A DNA stretch of 64,000 nt. Source: Fibrobacterales bacterium (GTDB lineage Bacteria > Fibrobacterota > Fibrobacteria > Fibrobacterales > JAOPTW01). Below, piece by piece: positions 60,481-64,000 of this stretch; position 1 is the first letter of the stretch; each line of letters starts with the position of its first letter. Under the pieces are notes generated by a model. That model was not told the DNA's origin, ran no database searches, and worked only from the letters and a program-made list of their open reading frames with translations. A program made the position numbers and the translations under genes. The DNA lies in the NCBI GenBank assembly GCA_051532035.1, contig JAOPTW010000013.1, forward strand, positions 160,001 to 224,000, written 5' to 3'.

Positions 60481-60891
60481 CTAAGCCTGCTTTGGGGTAT
60501 CGTATCCCGAAATCTCCTTCACTATCCCTTTTATAAAAAACAACGGATAAATTAAAAGAAAAAGATTTGGAGTCCACCAGCTTAAATCAAAGTCGCCTCT
60601 TAATGCCCAAAATGAAATTGCTTGTATTCCAGAAGCAAAAGTTAATACTAAGGAAATAAGGGCGAGAGGTTTCCAGTGTAATGACTTGTTTTTCCAAAAA
60701 TATATGCTTAATAATCCCGTTATAGATATAAATAAGTCTAAAGGAAGAAATGACCAGTTCCAGGCAGATAAAATTTCATTATCATAATCCTTGAATAGGT
60801 ATTCGGGGGGAATCACATTCATAAGTGTAATAACCCAGTAGATTATAAAGCCTATATCTACAATTAAAAAAAAGGGTTTCAGAGTTTTCAT
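60481..60891 (-). CDS. YvaD/DUF5360-family membrane protein
   Basis: Probable ATG at 60891; DIGFIIYW, FKDY, AWNWSFLPLDL and QAISFW motifs. Confidence 0.75.
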   Translation of the reverse strand: MKTLKPFFLIVDIGFIIYWVITLMNVIPPEYLFKDYDNEILSAWNWSFLPLDLFISITGLLSIYFWKNKSLHWKPLALISLVLTFASGIQAISFWALRGDFDLSWWTPNLFLLIYPLFFIKGIVKEISGYDTPKQA

Positions 60892-61094
60892 AGGTGCCCT
60901 GCTCCAGTAGTTATGACCCAATAGGCAAAGGGCAGTTCCCTAAGCTTCTCACAAAACCATACATGATAGTCTCCCATCATACGGCTTTTCCTAGAGTTAA
61001 ATCATTATCCTGCAATATAGAAATCAAACCTGCCCGGGGTAGAGATGAACCAATATCTTTTACTTGACTTGGAGGTACATAGAGATCTTAACCT

Positions 61095-61568
61095 TCATAG
61101 ATTACGCTTATTCAGTTGTTTCTTAATGTTTTTAAGTACTTGCTTAGAAAAAAGCCGGTGAACTGGTTTAATGAAGAACCATGATAATTTTTGAATTGTG
61201 GAATTGGAATGAGTAATCAAGTTCAGAAAAAGTATTGAACCTTGATCATGCTTCTTAATTTCGTAACCAGTTTCGCATGTAAACAATTTTGATTTGAGTG
61301 TAAAAAAATACATCGATGGCTTGTTGACTTCGGTAAATGTGAAAGGACCCATAGATTGGCCTATTATCAGTTTCCCGTTTTTCGAACCTTTCTTGAAAAC
61401 AACATCCCATGCAGTTCCTGCCCCATCGAGAATGAATAATCGTAAAAATAATAGCGGTTTTGAATCTAATATTGGGTGTAGAGGAAACTTGGTATAGGTG
61501 TGATCTATGTAATCAAATACATCATCAGGTTCCTGTTCAAGCAAAATGTGTATTGTATCGGTAATCAT
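61095..61568 (-). CDS. Hypothetical protein (possibly SRPBCC/START-like fold)
   Basis: 157-aa ORF bracketed by family A repeat ends; C-terminal helix WFFIKPVHRLFSKQVL. Confidence 0.6.
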   Translation of the reverse strand: MITDTIHILLEQEPDDVFDYIDHTYTKFPLHPILDSKPLLFLRLFILDGAGTAWDVVFKKGSKNGKLIIGQSMGPFTFTEVNKPSMYFFTLKSKLFTCETGYEIKKHDQGSILFLNLITHSNSTIQKLSWFFIKPVHRLFSKQVLKNIKKQLNKRNL

Positions 61569-61625
61569 AGAGTAGTGACTTAAATAATGTTAAAAGCTGA
61601 AACAATCTTTGTAGGCTCACTCAAA

Positions 61626-61805
61626 TTATAAAGAGAGTTGATTTATACCAAATAATCTAGCTAATTCCCACTGAACGAGTACCCTTCCCGAGCACTGATT
61701 GTTCAATCTGATTAAACTATCGCCAATCTCAATAGCGCCTCCTTCATAATACACATTATTGCGCATATGACTCGTATCCGTGATCAGGTCATAACACTCT
61801 TCCAT
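61626..61805. repeat. Repeat family A left part
   Basis: AATAATCTAGCTAATTCCCACTGAA..ACCCTTCCC..CTGATTAAACTATC..ATAATACACAT..TATCCGTGATCAGGTCAT, strongly similar to 48715-48890. Confidence 0.85.
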
Positions 61806-61870
61806 GATACCGTATTGGAGATTAAGTGCTACAAAGGCATATGATTTGGGTAAACTGGTAATTATGGCGC

Positions 61871-61902
61871 AAAAAAGCCCTTACCAGAAAACTGGCAAGG
61901 GC
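61871..61902 (-). terminator. Rho-independent terminator
   Basis: Minus strand GCCCTTGCCAG-TTTT-CTGGTAAGGGC-TTTTTT, 30 bp past the stop. Confidence 0.88.
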
Positions 61903-61932
61903 GTATGTTATTCAGAGCTCAAGTATGAGATC

Positions 61933-64000
61933 TTAGTTTTCTACTAATTGCACATTATCAATATTTACATCGATAGAGTTACCACCAACGTTGAATACAA
62001 TACGTGCATTCATATCAGTAGCATCTGTCATAGTAAAGGTATGAGTACTAGTAGCTGAACCACCACTGATAGAGTAATTTGAACGAGAACCAGAATAAGC
62101 AGTCCATGGTGAACCATCTTTTTCGAGTTTCACTTCAATATCTCTTGGGTATTGAGACCATGCATCAAATGATAACGTGTAGCTTCTCCCATTAATAAGC
62201 TCTAGGCCACCTTGTTTGAATTGAACATTCCAGCTTGCAGTACCAGCGTTGCTCATAGTAATTTTAGCATTACCATTTACCACTGACGTAGAAGCAGAAG
62301 CACTCTCAAAGTTTTCAAGATCCCATCCCGTGAGCTGTTGCATAAAATCACCATTAGTGATCATATTGTCGCCACCCTCAGGGTTGATTGTAAGTGCTGC
62401 AGATTTAGTTAATCCACCAGTTGCACAGGTATAGGTGTATGAACCTGCAGTGTTTGCTACAAATATATTCATATCAATTTGTTGCGCTGCAGATGGAGTA
62501 CTAACACTATAATTTGGGATTCCACTAATGCTAAAAGCATCACCATATTGGTCTAAACCAGAACAGTTTACCGTAAACATGTCACCAACAGTTGTTGTAA
62601 CAGGGTCAACTTTTAGCTCTGCAAGGTATGCTGGTTCACGAACACCTTCAATACCATATACTTTGAATTCAAAGAGTGAGTATCCCCATACAGTAGTACG
62701 CTGTGTACCATGCATTCTGATTTTTGCAACGTTTTCTTCGTTAAAAGTAAACTGATCGACACCACCGTTGCCGTTAGTAACTGTTTCGATTGCATACCAT
62801 GAAGAACCATCAGCTGTAACTTCGATAGTGTAGTTACTTGCAGCAGCAGTTTCCCAGTTTAATGAAACACTGGTTACGGTGAAGGTTCCTTGAAGATCAA
62901 TTTCAATCCATTGAGGATCAGAAAAGTCTGAACTCCAACGCGTTGTAGTAGATCCATCATTTACATATGACTTTAAGTGAGTCCCTTCTACTGAACTTGC
63001 ATTTACTGGTTTGTTTTGCGAGATAAGTACCGGATCACGTTGTTCAGTTACAGTAACGGAAGCGGTTCCTGCAATGCGAACCTGCTGTGATGGTTGGTAT
63101 GTTACACTTATTTGTCCAGTGCCTTCACTTGTACCGGTTACATTTGGCTTATTTACCAATACACCTTGACCAAGCATGTAAATGTGCTGATCAATTTCAG
63201 GAGTAACAGTCATGAGAATGTCGTTTTGATCATATACTCTATAAGTGATCTCTTTTGTTTCATTCAGATTAAGAGTGATGTTATCAACGTCAATACGAGT
63301 AACTTCTTGCTCTTCAATTACGGTCACGGAAGCACTACCACTAACGACACCATAACTTACTGTAGCAGTACAGGTTCCTGCACTATTTGCTCTAAAAATA
63401 AACTGACCAATTTGTGAACAACTTGACCCTGATATAGCGAATGATGGTGTAGTTGACATAGGAAAATCATTTCCAAACTGATCGAGTGTTGTAAATGTAA
63501 GAGAAAATGACTCGCCGACAGATACTGTTTTACGGTCTACTACAATAGAGGTAAGTGTAGGAGGCTCTTGACTTTTTTCTGTAAGAGTGATGTTGTCAAA
63601 GTAGAGGTCACTTGAGTTTCCACCTGCATTAATAACAAAGCGTGCAGCTGCATCAGTGTATCCTGCAGTGAATGTTTCAGTATAGGTGTCCCAGCTACTT
63701 GAAATTGAGTAAGTGAGCTGTGAAGAGTATGAAGTCCATGGGCTGCCATCTTTCTCGACAATAACATCAACAGAGCGTGATGATTGTGCACGAGCGCTAA
63801 AAGAGAGGATATACTCTTTTCCGGCTTCGATTGCAATATCATTCTGTTTGTACTGTACGTTCCATGCGTCTGAACCACCGTTGCTGATTGCAAGGTGTAG
63901 TTGGCCACCAGCGGCTGAGCTATTAGCTATTGCACCCATTGCATTACTGAGAGACCAGTAGAGTGGACCATTGGTGAATTCACCATTTTTAATGAGGCTT
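61933..64000 (-). CDS. Multi-domain carbohydrate-binding protein (CBM4/9, Ig-like repeats, F5/8 type C, Ig-like, CBM4/9); 5' end beyond window
   Basis: The frame stays open to the right edge (SLIKNGEFTNG...). Two CBM4/9-like modules (NGxF..WNVQ.KQ..Y.LSF.A..EKDGSPWT..DN) flank DGSTTTRWSS..WETAA..WGYSLFE. Confidence 0.88.
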   Translation of the reverse strand, partial: SLIKNGEFTNGPLYWSLSNAMGAIANSSAAGGQLHLAISNGGSDAWNVQYKQNDIAIEAGKEYILSFSARAQSSRSVDVIVEKDGSPWTSYSSQLTYSISSSWDTYTETFTAGYTDAAARFVINAGGNSSDLYFDNITLTEKSQEPPTLTSIVVDRKTVSVGESFSLTFTTLDQFGNDFPMSTTPSFAISGSSCSQIGQFIFRANSAGTCTATVSYGVVSGSASVTVIEEQEVTRIDVDNITLNLNETKEITYRVYDQNDILMTVTPEIDQHIYMLGQGVLVNKPNVTGTSEGTGQISVTYQPSQQVRIAGTASVTVTEQRDPVLISQNKPVNASSVEGTHLKSYVNDGSTTTRWSSDFSDPQWIEIDLQGTFTVTSVSLNWETAAASNYTIEVTADGSSWYAIETVTNGNGGVDQFTFNEENVAKIRMHGTQRTTVWGYSLFEFKVYGIEGVREPAYLAELKVDPVTTTVGDMFTVNCSGLDQYGDAFSISGIPNYSVSTPSAAQQIDMNIFVANTAGSYTYTCATGGLTKSAALTINPEGGDNMITNGDFMQQLTGWDLENFESASASTSVVNGNAKITMSNAGTASWNVQFKQGGLELINGRSYTLSFDAWSQYPRDIEVKLEKDGSPWTAYSGSRSNYSISGGSATSTHTFTMTDATDMNARIVFNVGGNSIDVNIDNVQLVEN

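Overview
AT-rich bacterial DNA. Three Fibrobacter-succinogenes-major (FISUMP) domains, a CotH lipoprotein and many lipoproteins with Ser-rich linkers point to Fibrobacterota; this is an inference. The main feature is a >20 kb minus-strand operon (1-20454) of at least four tightly coupled, uncharacterised genes: a 3464-aa acidic beta-rich protein with about four ~625-aa repeats and a DUF6603-like C-terminus, then 1233-aa, 1763-aa and >348-aa partners. The last gene is missing from the ORF track and runs off the left edge. The rest holds a TonB receptor/YfiR/sensor kinase trio, glycan-related and secreted lipoproteins, a phospholipid-synthesis trio and a decayed defence remnant (HsdR tail, HipA-like kinase, HIRAN). 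It also has short same-strand orphan genes separated by repeated attC-like or hairpin elements, a thrice-repeated lacO-like palindrome and several duplication scars. I found no rRNA, tRNA, CRISPR array, integrase or intact transposase. All family assignments come from motif recognition by eye, not from database searches.
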